A stretch of 64,000 bases of DNA from the NCBI GenBank assembly GCA_033763315.1, contig JANRKS010000016.1:64001-128000 (forward strand), read 5' to 3'. The notes under the pieces were generated by a model. It saw only the letters and a list, made by a program, of their open reading frames with translations. It had not been told where the DNA came from and ran no database searches. Shown piece after piece: positions 9,989 to 20,763 of the stretch. The stretch is from Deltaproteobacteria bacterium. Lineage in GTDB: Bacteria > Myxococcota_A > Polyangia > Fen-1088. A program made the translations under genes and the position numbers. The stretch's first letter is position 1. Each line of letters starts with the position of its first letter.

Positions 9989-11194
9989 CTAAGAGGCTTT
10001 CTTTTCGCGCACAAGCTGTGGGCGCCCGCGCGACACCACCACATCTTTGTTCACCACGCACTCGGTGACACCGGTCAGGGAGGGGATGTCGTACATCACG
10101 TCCAGCATCACTTCCTCGAGGATGGCGCGCAAACCACGAGCCCCGGCGTTACGCCGAGCCGCTTCTTCGGCAACGCTTAACAGCGCGTCATCATTGAATC
10201 GTAGTTTCACGCCTTCCATGTCGAACAGGCGTTGGTACTGCTTGACCAGCGCGTTCTTGGGGCGCCACAAAACCTCAACCAGCGCGGGCACGTCGAGCTC
10301 GTCGGCCGACACGATGATAGGCAAGCGACCCATGAATTCGGGGATCATCCCGAACTTCGTGAGATCTTCGGTGCGGGCCAAAGAACGCAGCTCGTTCTTC
10401 GATTGGTCGCTCTTATCGATGCGCGCGCCAAACCCCATGCCGCCCGAGCCCACACGGCGGCGCACCAGCTCTTCGATGCCGTTGAAGGCGCCCGTGCACA
10501 CAAACAAGATGTTCGAAGTATCAACCGTGATCAGCTCTTGCTGCGGGCGGTTGCGTGAACCGTCAGGCGTGATGCTGCAGCTTTTGCCCTCCAGCAATTT
10601 CAAGAGCGCCTGCTGCACGCCTTCGCCTGAGACGTCACGCGAGACGGACGGGCCGCCTCCGCGCCGTGCAATCTTATCGATTTCGTCGATGCAGATGATG
10701 CCACGTGACGCCTTTTCCACGTCGCCACCGGCGTTGCGGTAGAGCGCCTTGACAACGCTGTCGACGTCTTCACCGACGTAGCCGGCCTCGGTGAGCGTGG
10801 TGGCATCCGCAATGGCGAACGGGACGTCGAGTTTGCGCGCCAACGTTTGCACCAGGAGGGTCTTGCCGCATCCAGAGGGCCCCACCAAAAGGATGTTGCC
10901 CTTTTGAATCTCGACCTCGGAGGACTTCCCCCGCTGAGCGACGCGCTTGTAGTGGTTGTAAACCGAGACAGACAACGCTTTTTTCGCGCGATCTTGCCCG
11001 ACGACGTACTTGTTGAGTTCGTCGTAGATCTCTTTGGGGCGTGGATATTTCGGACGTTCCGACGCTTCTTCTTTGGCGATGATGTCGTTGCACAAAGCAA
11101 CGCATTCGTCACAGATGAACACGCGCGGCCCTGAGATCAGTTTTCTGACCTCTCGTCGTCGTTTTCCACAGAAGGAACAGTGGAAGTCGTCCAT
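9989..11194 (-). CDS. clpX: ATP-dependent Clp protease ATPase ClpX
   Basis: Zn finger CSFCGK...ICDEC, Walker A GPSGCGKT, TEAGYVGED, RDVSGEGVQQALLK. Confidence 0.95.
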   Translation of the reverse strand: MDDFHCSFCGKRRREVRKLISGPRVFICDECVALCNDIIAKEEASERPKYPRPKEIYDELNKYVVGQDRAKKALSVSVYNHYKRVAQRGKSSEVEIQKGNILLVGPSGCGKTLLVQTLARKLDVPFAIADATTLTEAGYVGEDVDSVVKALYRNAGGDVEKASRGIICIDEIDKIARRGGGPSVSRDVSGEGVQQALLKLLEGKSCSITPDGSRNRPQQELITVDTSNILFVCTGAFNGIEELVRRRVGSGGMGFGARIDKSDQSKNELRSLARTEDLTKFGMIPEFMGRLPIIVSADELDVPALVEVLWRPKNALVKQYQRLFDMEGVKLRFNDDALLSVAEEAARRNAGARGLRAILEEVMLDVMYDIPSLTGVTECVVNKDVVVSRGRPQLVREKKAS

Positions 11195-11322
11195 CTTGGG
11201 GGAAGAGTATTGCATTGGCGCCGCGAAGCCGCCAAGCACTGGAGTGAGAAAAAAAAACTTGCTCTGTTTCCGCGGTTCTAAGGCTGCCGAGCAAGTGCCG
11301 CCTTATATATTGTTATCGGCGG

Positions 11323-12282
11323 TTGCCCCAAATGCTTGCGATCACTTTAGGAGACCCCACAGGAATTGGCCCCGAGGTGGTTGTGAAGGCACTGGCGCTG
11401 CGCCCGGCGCTGGCGGTGAAGATCTTTGGCGACGAGGACGCCGTCCGTGAGGCGGCGGGGGCGGCGGGGGTAACGCTGGCAAGCGGTGTCGAGGTGGTGC
11501 CCATCACGCGGTTGGCAGCTCAGGATCGGCGCCCGGGTCACCCGAATGACGAGGCTGGCCGCGCGCAGGTGGCGTATCTCGTGGCGGCAACCCGGGCCGC
11601 CCTTGCGGGGGACGTGGCGGGGATCGTGACCGCGCCCATATCCAAGACGTGGGCCGGGCGCGCTGGATTCGCCTTCCCCGGGCACACGGAATATTTGGCG
11701 GAGGCCAGCCAAGCCCCTGAAATCGCGATGATGTTGGCGGGGCCAGGGCTTAAGACAACCGTCGCCACGACGCACATCGCGCTGCGTGACGTGCCGGCCT
11801 CACTGAGTGTAGAGGGCATCGCGCGCGCGGTTCGGCTGACCGTGGTTGCGCTGCAGGATCACTTTGGCGTACGCAAGCCGCGGGTGGCGGTTGCGGCCTT
11901 GAATCCACACGCAGGGGAAGACAGTCGCTTCGGGGACGAGGAGCCGCGTTTGATCCTGCCCGCGATCCGATTGGCCGAACGCGAACTGGCGACCGCTGGT
12001 CGTGATTGTGTGTTGTCGGGGCCCGCGGTCCCGGACGTTGTGTTTCGGCAGGCGACGCAAGGGATGTTCGACGCGGTGGTGGCGATGTACCACGATCAGG
12101 GGCTCATCCCCGTGAAGCTGCACGATTTTGATCGGACAGTGAACGTAACGCTGGGGCTGCCGTTTGTCCGCACCTCGCCCGACCACGGTACGGCCTACGA
12201 CATCGCCGGGCGAGGGGAGGCGCGGCCCGATAGTTTCTTGGCGGCGCTCGATTTGGCCACCTCGATGGTTTCGCGGCGCTGA
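11323..12282 (+). CDS. pdxA: 4-hydroxythreonine-4-phosphate dehydrogenase
   Basis: GDPTGIGPE, GHTEYL, LNPHAGE, MYHDQG and RTSPDHGTA motifs. Confidence 0.96.
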   Translation: MPQMLAITLGDPTGIGPEVVVKALALRPALAVKIFGDEDAVREAAGAAGVTLASGVEVVPITRLAAQDRRPGHPNDEAGRAQVAYLVAATRAALAGDVAGIVTAPISKTWAGRAGFAFPGHTEYLAEASQAPEIAMMLAGPGLKTTVATTHIALRDVPASLSVEGIARAVRLTVVALQDHFGVRKPRVAVAALNPHAGEDSRFGDEEPRLILPAIRLAERELATAGRDCVLSGPAVPDVVFRQATQGMFDAVVAMYHDQGLIPVKLHDFDRTVNVTLGLPFVRTSPDHGTAYDIAGRGEARPDSFLAALDLATSMVSRR

Positions 12283-12345
12283 AGCGTCGCGCGCTTCGAT
12301 TGCGCATTTCACGCAACGAAACGCTACCCACGCCGATAAGAGGGC

Positions 12346-12591
12346 ATGGGAAAACAACGACACAAAAAGCACAGCCGCCAACGCAACCGTTCGCATTTGC
12401 CGCGGGGCCTAGGCGCGCTGGATCTTTCGCGACTCCACCACACCGACAACGACGACTGCCCGGTGTGCGCGGCCTTGGCATCGCGGCCGCCAACTCACGA
12501 ATTGCCGGGCGGGTTCACCGCTCATGCACTCGATGACGACTTGATGGCGCTTTTGCTGAGTTTAATGACGCCCGTCCGCCAAGCTTCATAA
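12346..12591 (+). CDS. Small hypothetical protein with CxxC
   Basis: AGAGG before ATG; basic N-terminus and DDCPVC; fills the pdxA-glmS gap. Confidence 0.4.
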   Translation: MGKQRHKKHSRQRNRSHLPRGLGALDLSRLHHTDNDDCPVCAALASRPPTHELPGGFTAHALDDDLMALLLSLMTPVRQAS

Positions 12592-12637
12592 TGCCGCCGC
12601 CCTTTCTAAGGCGCCGTTGACCAAGTAACCTGCGCCC

Positions 12638-14461
12638 ATGTGCGGAATTGTTGCTTACATCGGTCGTCGCCAAGCCATTCCTGTGTTGATTGGCGGCTTA
12701 AAGAGGCTTGAGTACCGCGGGTATGACTCGGCCGGTGTGGCGGTGGCGGAGCGCGATGGCGTCAAAGTGTTGCGCTGCCGAGGCAAGCTGGCGAACTTAG
12801 AAGCGCTGCTGGCGAAAGAGCCGCTTACGGGCAGCGTGGGCATTGGCCACACGCGCTGGGCCACGCATGGACGGCCTTCGGATGAGAACGCGCACCCTCA
12901 CCGCGTGGGCGCTGTGTCGGTGGTTCACAACGGCATCATTGAGAACCATGTGGGTTTGCGCGCCCGCTTGCGCGCCACGGGGCGCACATTTACGTCTGAG
13001 ACAGACACTGAGATCGTGGCGCACCTTGTGGACGAAGCCATCAAGCAAGGGGCGAAGTCACTCCTTGAGGCGAGCCGCAAAGCTTTGCGTCAAGTGGAGG
13101 GCGCTTACGCCATCGTCGTGATCTCGGAAGATCACCTAGGAGAACTCGTGGCGGCCAAGAATGCGTCGCCCATGGTGTTGGGCGTTGGCGAAGGCGAAAC
13201 GATCGTGGCCTCGGATGCGCCCGCGCTGCTCGAGCACACGCGCAACGTTGTGTTTTTGGATGAAGGCGACGTTGTGCACCTGACCTTGAAAGGCTTCACG
13301 ATCACGGGCCTCGATGGCGCGGCCCGCGATCGCCCGCAACGCACGCTGAATTGGAGTTCAGAGCAGGCTGAAAAGGCGGGCTACCCGCACTTCATGCTCA
13401 AAGAGATCTTCGAGCAACCCACGGCGGTGACGAACACGCTCCGGGGCCGCTTGCTTGTGCCTGAAAACGACGTGAGCCTGGACGGGCAAGAGATCGACAC
13501 GCGGTCTCTGTCGCGCGTGGTGATCGTGGCCTGCGGCACGTCGTATCACGCAGGCCTCGTGGGCAAGTTCATGATCGAATCCTCGGCGCGCTTGCCAGTG
13601 GAAGTGGATTACGCCAGCGAATTCCGTTACCGCGATCCGGTGGTAGGTCCCCATGATCTGGTCGTGGCGATCTCGCAAAGTGGCGAAACGGCTGACACGT
13701 TGGCGGCGCTTCGGGAGGCAAAATCGCGCGGCGCGCGCACGTTGGCCATCTCCAACGTATTGGATTCAGCGATCCCGCGCACGGCGGATTTCACGCTTTA
13801 TACGCACGCTGGGATCGAGATCGGCGTGGCGTCGACGAAGTGTTTTACGGCGCAATTGGCGGCGCTGGCGCTGTTGTCGATTCATTTGGGGCGACGCACG
13901 GGCACGCTTTCCCCGGCCAACGCCCAAGAGCTGATCAGTGAACTCTTGCAGATCCCGCAGAAGATGGAGCACGCCCTGCATGAGCTGGGAGATCTGAAGG
14001 CGCTTGCCGAACGTTATAAGGACGTGACCGGTTTCTTGTTCTTAGGGCGTGGCACGAATTATCCGATCGCGCTCGAAGGCGCCCTCAAGCTCAAAGAGAT
14101 TTCATACATTCACGCTGAAGGCTATGCCGCGGGCGAGATGAAGCACGGCCCCATCGCACTCATCGACGATGGCATCCCGGTGGTGGTGATCGCGCCGAAA
14201 GGCCCTGGCTACGAAAAGGTGCTTTCGAATATGGCGGAAGTGCGCGCCCGCGAAGGTCAGGTGATCGCGGTGGCCACGCAGGGTGACAAGATCATCGCTG
14301 AGCAATGCCAGTCGGTGCTGTGGGTGCCCGACGCGCCCAGCCTGCTGCAACCACTGCTGACGGTGCTGCCACTGCAACTGTTGTCCTATGCTGTTTCGCT
14401 GGCACGGGGCAACGACGTGGATCAACCGCGCAACCTCGCCAAAAGCGTCACGGTCGAATAG
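12638..14461 (+). CDS. glmS: Glutamine--fructose-6-phosphate aminotransferase
   Basis: MCGIV, LEYRGYDSAG, HTRWATHG, SQSGETADT and PRNLAKSVTVE motifs. Confidence 0.98.
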   Translation: MCGIVAYIGRRQAIPVLIGGLKRLEYRGYDSAGVAVAERDGVKVLRCRGKLANLEALLAKEPLTGSVGIGHTRWATHGRPSDENAHPHRVGAVSVVHNGIIENHVGLRARLRATGRTFTSETDTEIVAHLVDEAIKQGAKSLLEASRKALRQVEGAYAIVVISEDHLGELVAAKNASPMVLGVGEGETIVASDAPALLEHTRNVVFLDEGDVVHLTLKGFTITGLDGAARDRPQRTLNWSSEQAEKAGYPHFMLKEIFEQPTAVTNTLRGRLLVPENDVSLDGQEIDTRSLSRVVIVACGTSYHAGLVGKFMIESSARLPVEVDYASEFRYRDPVVGPHDLVVAISQSGETADTLAALREAKSRGARTLAISNVLDSAIPRTADFTLYTHAGIEIGVASTKCFTAQLAALALLSIHLGRRTGTLSPANAQELISELLQIPQKMEHALHELGDLKALAERYKDVTGFLFLGRGTNYPIALEGALKLKEISYIHAEGYAAGEMKHGPIALIDDGIPVVVIAPKGPGYEKVLSNMAEVRAREGQVIAVATQGDKIIAEQCQSVLWVPDAPSLLQPLLTVLPLQLLSYAVSLARGNDVDQPRNLAKSVTVE

Positions 14462-14536
14462 TGATTTGGGCCGCTTGCCGTGCCCCAATTTTCGCGGGCG
14501 TGGTGGCGGCCGAGCCGCTTGTGTTAGCGTCCCGGC

Positions 14537-15760
14537 ATGAAGTTTGGTCGGCGCACTCTTTTGCAAGCGGCATTGGCAGGTTCCGTGGGCACGTTGGGCA
14601 AAGCCCACGCGTCGCTCAAGAAGATGAAGATCACGCGTGTGCGGTTTTACGAAGTGCCCGACGCCGGGCCACTGTTTAACCAAAGCATGCACATCGTTAC
14701 CGTCGAGACCGACGCCGGCATCACCGGCATTGGCGAGGGCGGCCATCACGATACCGTCATGCAATGTGCGGGCATGCTGATCGATCAAGATCCAAGCCGC
14801 ATTGAACATCTGTGGCAGTTGATGTTCCGCGGGTATTTTTATCCGGCGGGCCGAGAGAAACTGCATGGCCTCGGGGCCCTCGATTTGGCCTTGTGGGACA
14901 TCAAGGGCAAAGCTTTGGGGGTGCCTGTGCACCAGCTGATGGGCGGCTTGAGCCGTGATTACGTTGAGTGCTACAGCACCGGCTTTCCGATGCAGGGCAA
15001 GAGTGTGGAGAACACCGCGCGCGCTTGTATCAAGGCGGGTTTTCGCGCTTTCCGCACGGCGGTCACGGGGCCCTCGGAGAATTGGTCCACGTTCTCACAA
15101 CAAGCCTCTGTGGCCAAAACGATCGAGCATTGCAAAGAGATACGCAAAGGCGTGGGCCCGAGCGGCGATTGGGCGATCGATTACCACACGCGCATCGACT
15201 TTCCGGATGCCGTGCGGCTATCGAAGGGGCTCGAGCCATTGGAGCCGCTGTTTTGTGAAGATCTTGTGCGATCGGAGGCCCCTGCCGTCTACAAGCAACT
15301 GCGGCCGCTTGTGAAGGTGCCCATCGCTGTGGGTGAACAATTCGGCGCGCGTTGGGACATCAACGAGCTTGTGGAGCAGCACCTGATTGATTATTCGCGC
15401 GTCACCATTCCAAATGTGGGTGGCATCACCGAGATGCTCAAACTGGCGGCGTTGTGCGAAACGCACTATGTGGGCTTGGTGCCGCACTTTACCGGGCAAT
15501 GCAGCGTGGCGGCTCTGGTGCACGTGCTCGGCTGCTTTGGTGGCAACGCTTTGATGGAGATGGGGAAGGACGGCCCGCAGGCAAAGCCGCATTTGATTAA
15601 GTCGTGCGACTTTAAGAACGGCAAACTTTACCCCAACGATCGGCCGGGCCTGGGCGTGGAGGTGGATTTGTCAAAGCTAAAGATGACGGGCGAAGTCACC
15701 AAGGCCGCGAACGATTACCACGTATACAAGCGACCTGACGGCTCGTTCACCAATTGGTAG
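14537..15760 (+). CDS. Mandelate racemase/galactonate dehydratase-like enolase-superfamily enzyme with Tat signal
   Basis: GRRTLL signal; LDLALWDIKGKALGVPV, PIAVGE and PGLGVE motifs. Confidence 0.88.
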   Translation: MKFGRRTLLQAALAGSVGTLGKAHASLKKMKITRVRFYEVPDAGPLFNQSMHIVTVETDAGITGIGEGGHHDTVMQCAGMLIDQDPSRIEHLWQLMFRGYFYPAGREKLHGLGALDLALWDIKGKALGVPVHQLMGGLSRDYVECYSTGFPMQGKSVENTARACIKAGFRAFRTAVTGPSENWSTFSQQASVAKTIEHCKEIRKGVGPSGDWAIDYHTRIDFPDAVRLSKGLEPLEPLFCEDLVRSEAPAVYKQLRPLVKVPIAVGEQFGARWDINELVEQHLIDYSRVTIPNVGGITEMLKLAALCETHYVGLVPHFTGQCSVAALVHVLGCFGGNALMEMGKDGPQAKPHLIKSCDFKNGKLYPNDRPGLGVEVDLSKLKMTGEVTKAANDYHVYKRPDGSFTNW

Positions 15761-15761
15761 G

Positions 15762-17147
15762 TCAATGCCCAGCGGCGCTGGCACGCCGCTGTTCAGGGCT
15801 GGGATCGTTTTGGTTAAATGGCGCCAAGAAGGCAAGAACAACGGGCGGGATGGAAGCGAACAGCACCAACGTGAAAAACGTTTTGTAGCCGACGCTCTCT
15901 TGCAGAACGCCGCTGATCATTCCTGTGACCGTGCGGCACAGGCCCATGATGCCCGTGGCAAAAGCGTAATGCGCCGTTTGGTAAGGGCCCGGCGACACCT
16001 GTTGCATCATGTACAACATGTGTCCCACTGAACCGAACCCGAACCCGAATTTTTCAAGCGTTACAACGGCGCTGATCAAGAGCGTGCTGTGTGGCAACGC
16101 GTGGCTCAAGAAGAAGTAGGTGACGTGTGGCACGTTCAGTGCCAGCGCCAACACAACGAACGAACGGCGCAAGGTTAGCTTGGCGGCGAACAACCCGCCC
16201 AACAAAGCGCCCACGATGAAACCGAGTGTGCCATACGTGCCGTTGATCGCGCCAAGCGCGACGTTGTCTAGACCCAACCCGCCGACGCTACGTTGATCCA
16301 GCAGAAAGAGCGGCCCGATCTTCTCGATGAGGCCTTCGCCAAAGCGGTAAAAGAAGATCACGGCGATCATGATCCAAATGTCTTTCTTGGCGAAAAAGCT
16401 GGCGAAGGCGTCGATGAAGGTGCGGGCCGCGGCGGCCACGCTTGGCGGCGCGTCGGCCGAGCGGCTGCCCGTGGGCAACATGCGGCTGTGCCACAGCGAC
16501 GCCAACAACATAATCGCCGAGATGATGCCCATCACAATCATCCACGACTGCACCCAAGACAGCTGGCGGGTGCCATGAAGGTAGCCCGTCAACGACACCA
16601 ACAGGCCCGATGAAATGATGGCGCCCGCGTTCCAAAAGATCCCCTGCACGCCCACGTACGCCGCTTGCTCCTTGGGCGTGGTTGACGTGATGTACACGCC
16701 GTCAGCGGCGATGTCTTGCGTGGCTGAGGCGAAGCCGGTGATCCAAAACGCAGCCAAGGTCAGCGGCATGAAGCTGGGCAGCGGCAGCGCCAACGCCACG
16801 CAGCCCAAGCTCACCATCATGATCATCTCCATCGTGACAACGAAGAATTTCTTGCTGCGAAACATTTCGAGCAGCGGCGACCAAAACGGCTTAAGCGTCC
16901 ATGGCAGCGACATCAGGCCCGTGTGAAAAGCAATCGCGCTGTTGGAGACGCCCATGTTCTTGTACATGATGGCGGCCACGACGCTGACCGTGATCATGGG
17001 CGTGCCCATGGCGAAGTAAAGCGAGGGCACCCAGAGCAAGGGGTGTCGGCGGCGCGCCGCGGGCGGCGAGGCAGCGGTGGCAATAAGCGGCGAAGGGGCG
17101 GCCAGATCTGGGTTCATGAGGGCTCCGGGTGCAGGCAAACGCAACAA
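15762..17147 (-). CDS. AmpG-like MFS transporter
   Basis: LPWTLKPFWSP, SATQDIAADG and about 12 TM helices. Confidence 0.85.
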   Translation of the reverse strand: MLRLPAPGALMNPDLAAPSPLIATAASPPAARRRHPLLWVPSLYFAMGTPMITVSVVAAIMYKNMGVSNSAIAFHTGLMSLPWTLKPFWSPLLEMFRSKKFFVVTMEMIMMVSLGCVALALPLPSFMPLTLAAFWITGFASATQDIAADGVYITSTTPKEQAAYVGVQGIFWNAGAIISSGLLVSLTGYLHGTRQLSWVQSWMIVMGIISAIMLLASLWHSRMLPTGSRSADAPPSVAAAARTFIDAFASFFAKKDIWIMIAVIFFYRFGEGLIEKIGPLFLLDQRSVGGLGLDNVALGAINGTYGTLGFIVGALLGGLFAAKLTLRRSFVVLALALNVPHVTYFFLSHALPHSTLLISAVVTLEKFGFGFGSVGHMLYMMQQVSPGPYQTAHYAFATGIMGLCRTVTGMISGVLQESVGYKTFFTLVLFASIPPVVLAFLAPFNQNDPSPEQRRASAAGH

Positions 17148-17249
17148 AAGGTGAACACCAGGCGCCCCAAATGCGGGAAAGACCAGCCGCCCCCCAAGGA
17201 TGCCGGCCCCCGCTAACAGCGGCGATGCGATCTATGGCAATGTCTTCGC

Positions 17250-18032
17250 ATGGCGACGAGGACAAGAGTGAAGAGGTTGGCGCTGTGCGCCTTATTGCTT
17301 GGCGCATGCGAGGACGAGGACAGCAAGACGCCGACGGATGCCGCTGTTGTCACGGGTGGCAACGCCGACGCTGGCGGCAATGATGTGAAGGCAGCCATCG
17401 ACGCACCGGCAGACGCAGCCGCGGATGTGGCCACGGCTGACGCGGCTAATGACGCCCCCAGCGACACAGCACCTCTGCTCCCGGGCGCGGTAACGCCTTA
17501 CAACTACCTCAAAGCTGGCGACTCGCCCTTTGGCAACGTTGTATTCGATTGGTCTTACCTGGAAGACTTTGAGGATCACGTCTTCGATGTGCCGGGGGTG
17601 TCCACGGGTGGTGGCCGCCTTTCAAGCACGTTTGGCCCCACGCTCATTGACTCGGTCGATGGCGACGATGGCAACGTCAGCGATAACCGTTGCATTAAAT
17701 CAGTGGGCACCTGCGATGCGTGGTGGGGCGCGGGCTCGCTTCGTTTCACATTCAACGCAACTGTCTTGGGCAGCTTGCCCACCCATGTTGGCCTCGTGTG
17801 GACCGATGGTGGGGGCAAGGTTAGTTTCGAGGCCTTCGATGCCGAAGGCATATCCCTGTACAAGTTTGGCCCGTTTTCCGAGCCGGGTTTTCCCGACGAC
17901 ACTGTGAACAGTTCAACGGCTGAGGATCGCTTCTTCGGTGCCTATGCACCGGGGGGCATAGGCAGCGTGCTGATCTCCAACACCGCGGGTGGGATCGAGA
18001 TCGATCACTTGCAATACGGCAAGCGACGCTGA
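17250..18032 (+). CDS. Hypothetical lipoprotein
   Basis: Lipobox LLGAC, Asp/Ala-rich linker and beta-rich domain. Confidence 0.7.
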   Translation: MATRTRVKRLALCALLLGACEDEDSKTPTDAAVVTGGNADAGGNDVKAAIDAPADAAADVATADAANDAPSDTAPLLPGAVTPYNYLKAGDSPFGNVVFDWSYLEDFEDHVFDVPGVSTGGGRLSSTFGPTLIDSVDGDDGNVSDNRCIKSVGTCDAWWGAGSLRFTFNATVLGSLPTHVGLVWTDGGGKVSFEAFDAEGISLYKFGPFSEPGFPDDTVNSSTAEDRFFGAYAPGGIGSVLISNTAGGIEIDHLQYGKRR

Positions 18033-18117
18033 CAAAATATCCATTCCTTCTGGGTTTTGGCCTCAAAAGTCCATATCGCCCGTCAACCTGGACGGCAGGC
18101 ATCGTTAGACTACGATC

Positions 18118-20037
18118 ATGTCGGCAGCCAAAGATTCCCTGGGAATGCAGTCTCGAATCGCGCGACGCGACTTCCTTAACCACACGTTGGTTGGGTCAGG
18201 AGCTGCCCTGCTGGGCGGGCTCAACCCCCGTCAGGCTTTGGGGCAAGGGCTGGGCTGGGAAGGCTTTTCAGGCGTCGGAGACTATAAGGACGCCAACGGC
18301 AACACCGAGCCCGTGATCAACGGCGCCCACTCAATGCGCGACGGCAACTACGATCAGTCGCCGGCAGACACTGAAGATCTGAGCGAGACCTACGACTTGG
18401 TTGTTGTGGGTGGGGGCATCGCGGGCTTGACAGCCGCCTTGCTGGCGCGGGCGCGGCACAAGCAGCCCTTGCGTATCTTGATCCTCGAGAACCATCCGAT
18501 CTTTGGCGGCGAGGCTCGTCGCAATGATTTCATCGTCGACGGCGTTCGGTTGGAGGCACCCCAGGGCTCCAACTTTTTGACCACGCAAAGGCCAGGAAAC
18601 CTAATCGATCAAGTCTACAAGGCGATCGATCTCGATCCGCATTCCTTCACTTACCAAGACTGGAAGGGCCCCGAGCCGAAGCTCAAACTAAGCCGTCACA
18701 ACTACGAGCAGCTGTTCTCAATGAAGCAGAACTTCGGCTTTTATTTTGGCGGGCGGTTCGGCCAACCAGATGGCCTGTGGGTCAAAGACCCCATGAACAA
18801 CTTGGGCAAGTGCCCGTGGCCAGCATCGCTGGGCGACGACATGACCAAGTTTGCGGCGTTCACGAAAAAAGGCTGGGCCCACAAGGACTGGCATGATCTC
18901 ACGCCGCACGAAGAAGCTCATCTGGACGGGATCACCGACGAACAACGCTGGCAGGAACAAGCTGGCATGTCGGTGGAAGGCATTCGCACGATCGTTTCGC
19001 CGATGGTCGCGCAAATGGTGGGTCTTGGCGCCGACGCGGTGTCAGGGCTCTATATGTATACATGGCACAAATCCCAAGGTGACGATCCCGATCCCAACGA
19101 TCCCGAGAGCGAGCACTGTTTCCCCGGCGGCAACGCAGGCGTAACACGTCATCTAGTGAAAGCCCTGATCCCTGATTCGATCGAAGGGCCTGCCACGCTG
19201 TCCGGCATTTGGAAAGGGCGCGTTCGTTTTGGCGCGCTTGATCGAAAAGGAGCACCCGTGCAACTGCGCGTGGGCTCGATGGTTGTTCGCGTGGAGCACG
19301 ATGGTGAACCAGCGAAGGCCGAACGCGTTTTGGTGACCTACGCGAAGAATGGCAAGACCTACCGCGTTCGCGCCCGCGCGACGATCATGGCTGGCGGCGG
19401 GTGGGCGGCGCGACGTGCAATTCGTGACTTGCCGAAGAGCCACAAAGACGCGTACGGAACGTTTTCGTATTCAGCGTTCTTGGTTGCCAACGTCGCGGTT
19501 CGCAATTGGCGGTACCTGCACAAGATGGGCCTGATGGGCGGCCGTTGGTTCGAAGGTTTTGGCCACTGGACTGAGGTTCGCACGCACGCCAAGTTCGCCG
19601 CCGCGCGACCCACGATCGGTCCCGATTCGCCAACCGTGCTCACCTTCTATCATCCGATGATGTATCCGGGGTCCGGCCTTTCGGCGCGCGACCAAGGAAC
19701 CCGAGGTCGCACCGAACTTATAGGCACGCCGTATGTGGCTTTCGAGAAATCGATCCGCGAGCATCTGACGCAGTTGTTTGGGCGCGCGGGCTTCAATGCC
19801 AAGCGCGACATCGCCGGCATCGTGCTTAACCGTTGGGGCCACGCGTTTGTGACCCCGGCGCCCGGCTTCTTCGTTGGCAGAAACGGTGCACCCGCACCGC
19901 GCGATGTGCTTCGCAAAACCCCGCATGGCCGCATTGCCTTTTCGCACGGCGATCTCGCCGGCACGGTGAACCACATGCATTCGATCACCGAGAGCAGCCG
20001 CGCGGTGGATCAAGTGTTGCGTGTGCTGCAGGCGTAA
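18118..20037 (+). CDS. Tat-exported FAD oxidoreductase, spermidine dehydrogenase (SpdH)-like
   Basis: RRDFLN signal; VVVGGGIAGL, ENHPIFGGEARRN, FPGGN and NRWGH motifs. Confidence 0.8.
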   Translation: MSAAKDSLGMQSRIARRDFLNHTLVGSGAALLGGLNPRQALGQGLGWEGFSGVGDYKDANGNTEPVINGAHSMRDGNYDQSPADTEDLSETYDLVVVGGGIAGLTAALLARARHKQPLRILILENHPIFGGEARRNDFIVDGVRLEAPQGSNFLTTQRPGNLIDQVYKAIDLDPHSFTYQDWKGPEPKLKLSRHNYEQLFSMKQNFGFYFGGRFGQPDGLWVKDPMNNLGKCPWPASLGDDMTKFAAFTKKGWAHKDWHDLTPHEEAHLDGITDEQRWQEQAGMSVEGIRTIVSPMVAQMVGLGADAVSGLYMYTWHKSQGDDPDPNDPESEHCFPGGNAGVTRHLVKALIPDSIEGPATLSGIWKGRVRFGALDRKGAPVQLRVGSMVVRVEHDGEPAKAERVLVTYAKNGKTYRVRARATIMAGGGWAARRAIRDLPKSHKDAYGTFSYSAFLVANVAVRNWRYLHKMGLMGGRWFEGFGHWTEVRTHAKFAAARPTIGPDSPTVLTFYHPMMYPGSGLSARDQGTRGRTELIGTPYVAFEKSIREHLTQLFGRAGFNAKRDIAGIVLNRWGHAFVTPAPGFFVGRNGAPAPRDVLRKTPHGRIAFSHGDLAGTVNHMHSITESSRAVDQVLRVLQA

Positions 20038-20049
20038 CGATTTACGCCA

Positions 20050-20763
20050 TCAGGGGCAAAGCAGTTCGCGTAGAAACTCTGTGCTCGGATGCGCGGCCAC
20101 ATCCGGCAAGGGGCCTTGCTGCACCACGCGGCCGGCCGCCAGGGCCACAACCCAAGCGTCGTTCGTCGCAAAGGCTTGCACGTCACGAACGTCATGCGTG
20201 ACAACCAACGTGGCGCGCGTGCGCATCTGCTCTGCAAGCCAACTTCGCAAACCGGCGCGCGTGCCCAGATCGATCGCAGACAACGGTTCATCCAAGAGCA
20301 AAACGCGTGCGTCAGCCGCAAGCGCGCGCGCTAAAGCCACGCGTTGGCTTTCGCCCCCCGAAAGCGTGTGCGGCATTTGGTGCGCCAAGGCCTCGACATG
20401 CGCCTCTCGCAAAGCGGCCCGCGCAAGCGCTCTTGCCTGAGCAAGCTTGGCGCCGCGCGCGCGTGGCCCGAAAGCGACGTTATCCAGCACATTAAGATGT
20501 GAGAACAACGTGCGTTGCTGCGGCAAGTGCCCCACCAAACGATCTTCGGGCGGCGGCGAGCGGCGTTTGTCTCGCGCCATAAGCACGCGCCCCTGCACCT
20601 GCACCTCGCCGTTGATAGGTAGATCTGCGCCGGCGATCGCGCGCACCAATGTGCTTTTTCCCGCGCCATTTTCACCCACGACCACAAGCACGCGGCATGC
20701 GGTTGCAATCTGCACGTCGAACGTCAGACGCCCCAGTTGGCCCTGCAGCGCCACGTTCCACAT
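20050..20763 (-). CDS. modC: Molybdate ABC transporter ATPase
   Basis: GENGAGKS, LSGGE and LLLDEP; start overlaps the modB stop. Confidence 0.88.
   Translation of the reverse strand: MWNVALQGQLGRLTFDVQIATACRVLVVVGENGAGKSTLVRAIAGADLPINGEVQVQGRVLMARDKRRSPPPEDRLVGHLPQQRTLFSHLNVLDNVAFGPRARGAKLAQARALARAALREAHVEALAHQMPHTLSGGESQRVALARALAADARVLLLDEPLSAIDLGTRAGLRSWLAEQMRTRATLVVTHDVRDVQAFATNDAWVVALAAGRVVQQGPLPDVAAHPSTEFLRELLCP

Noticed and set aside
12283-12637. glmS ribozyme
   Set aside because: No recognisable core; glmS appears leaderless.
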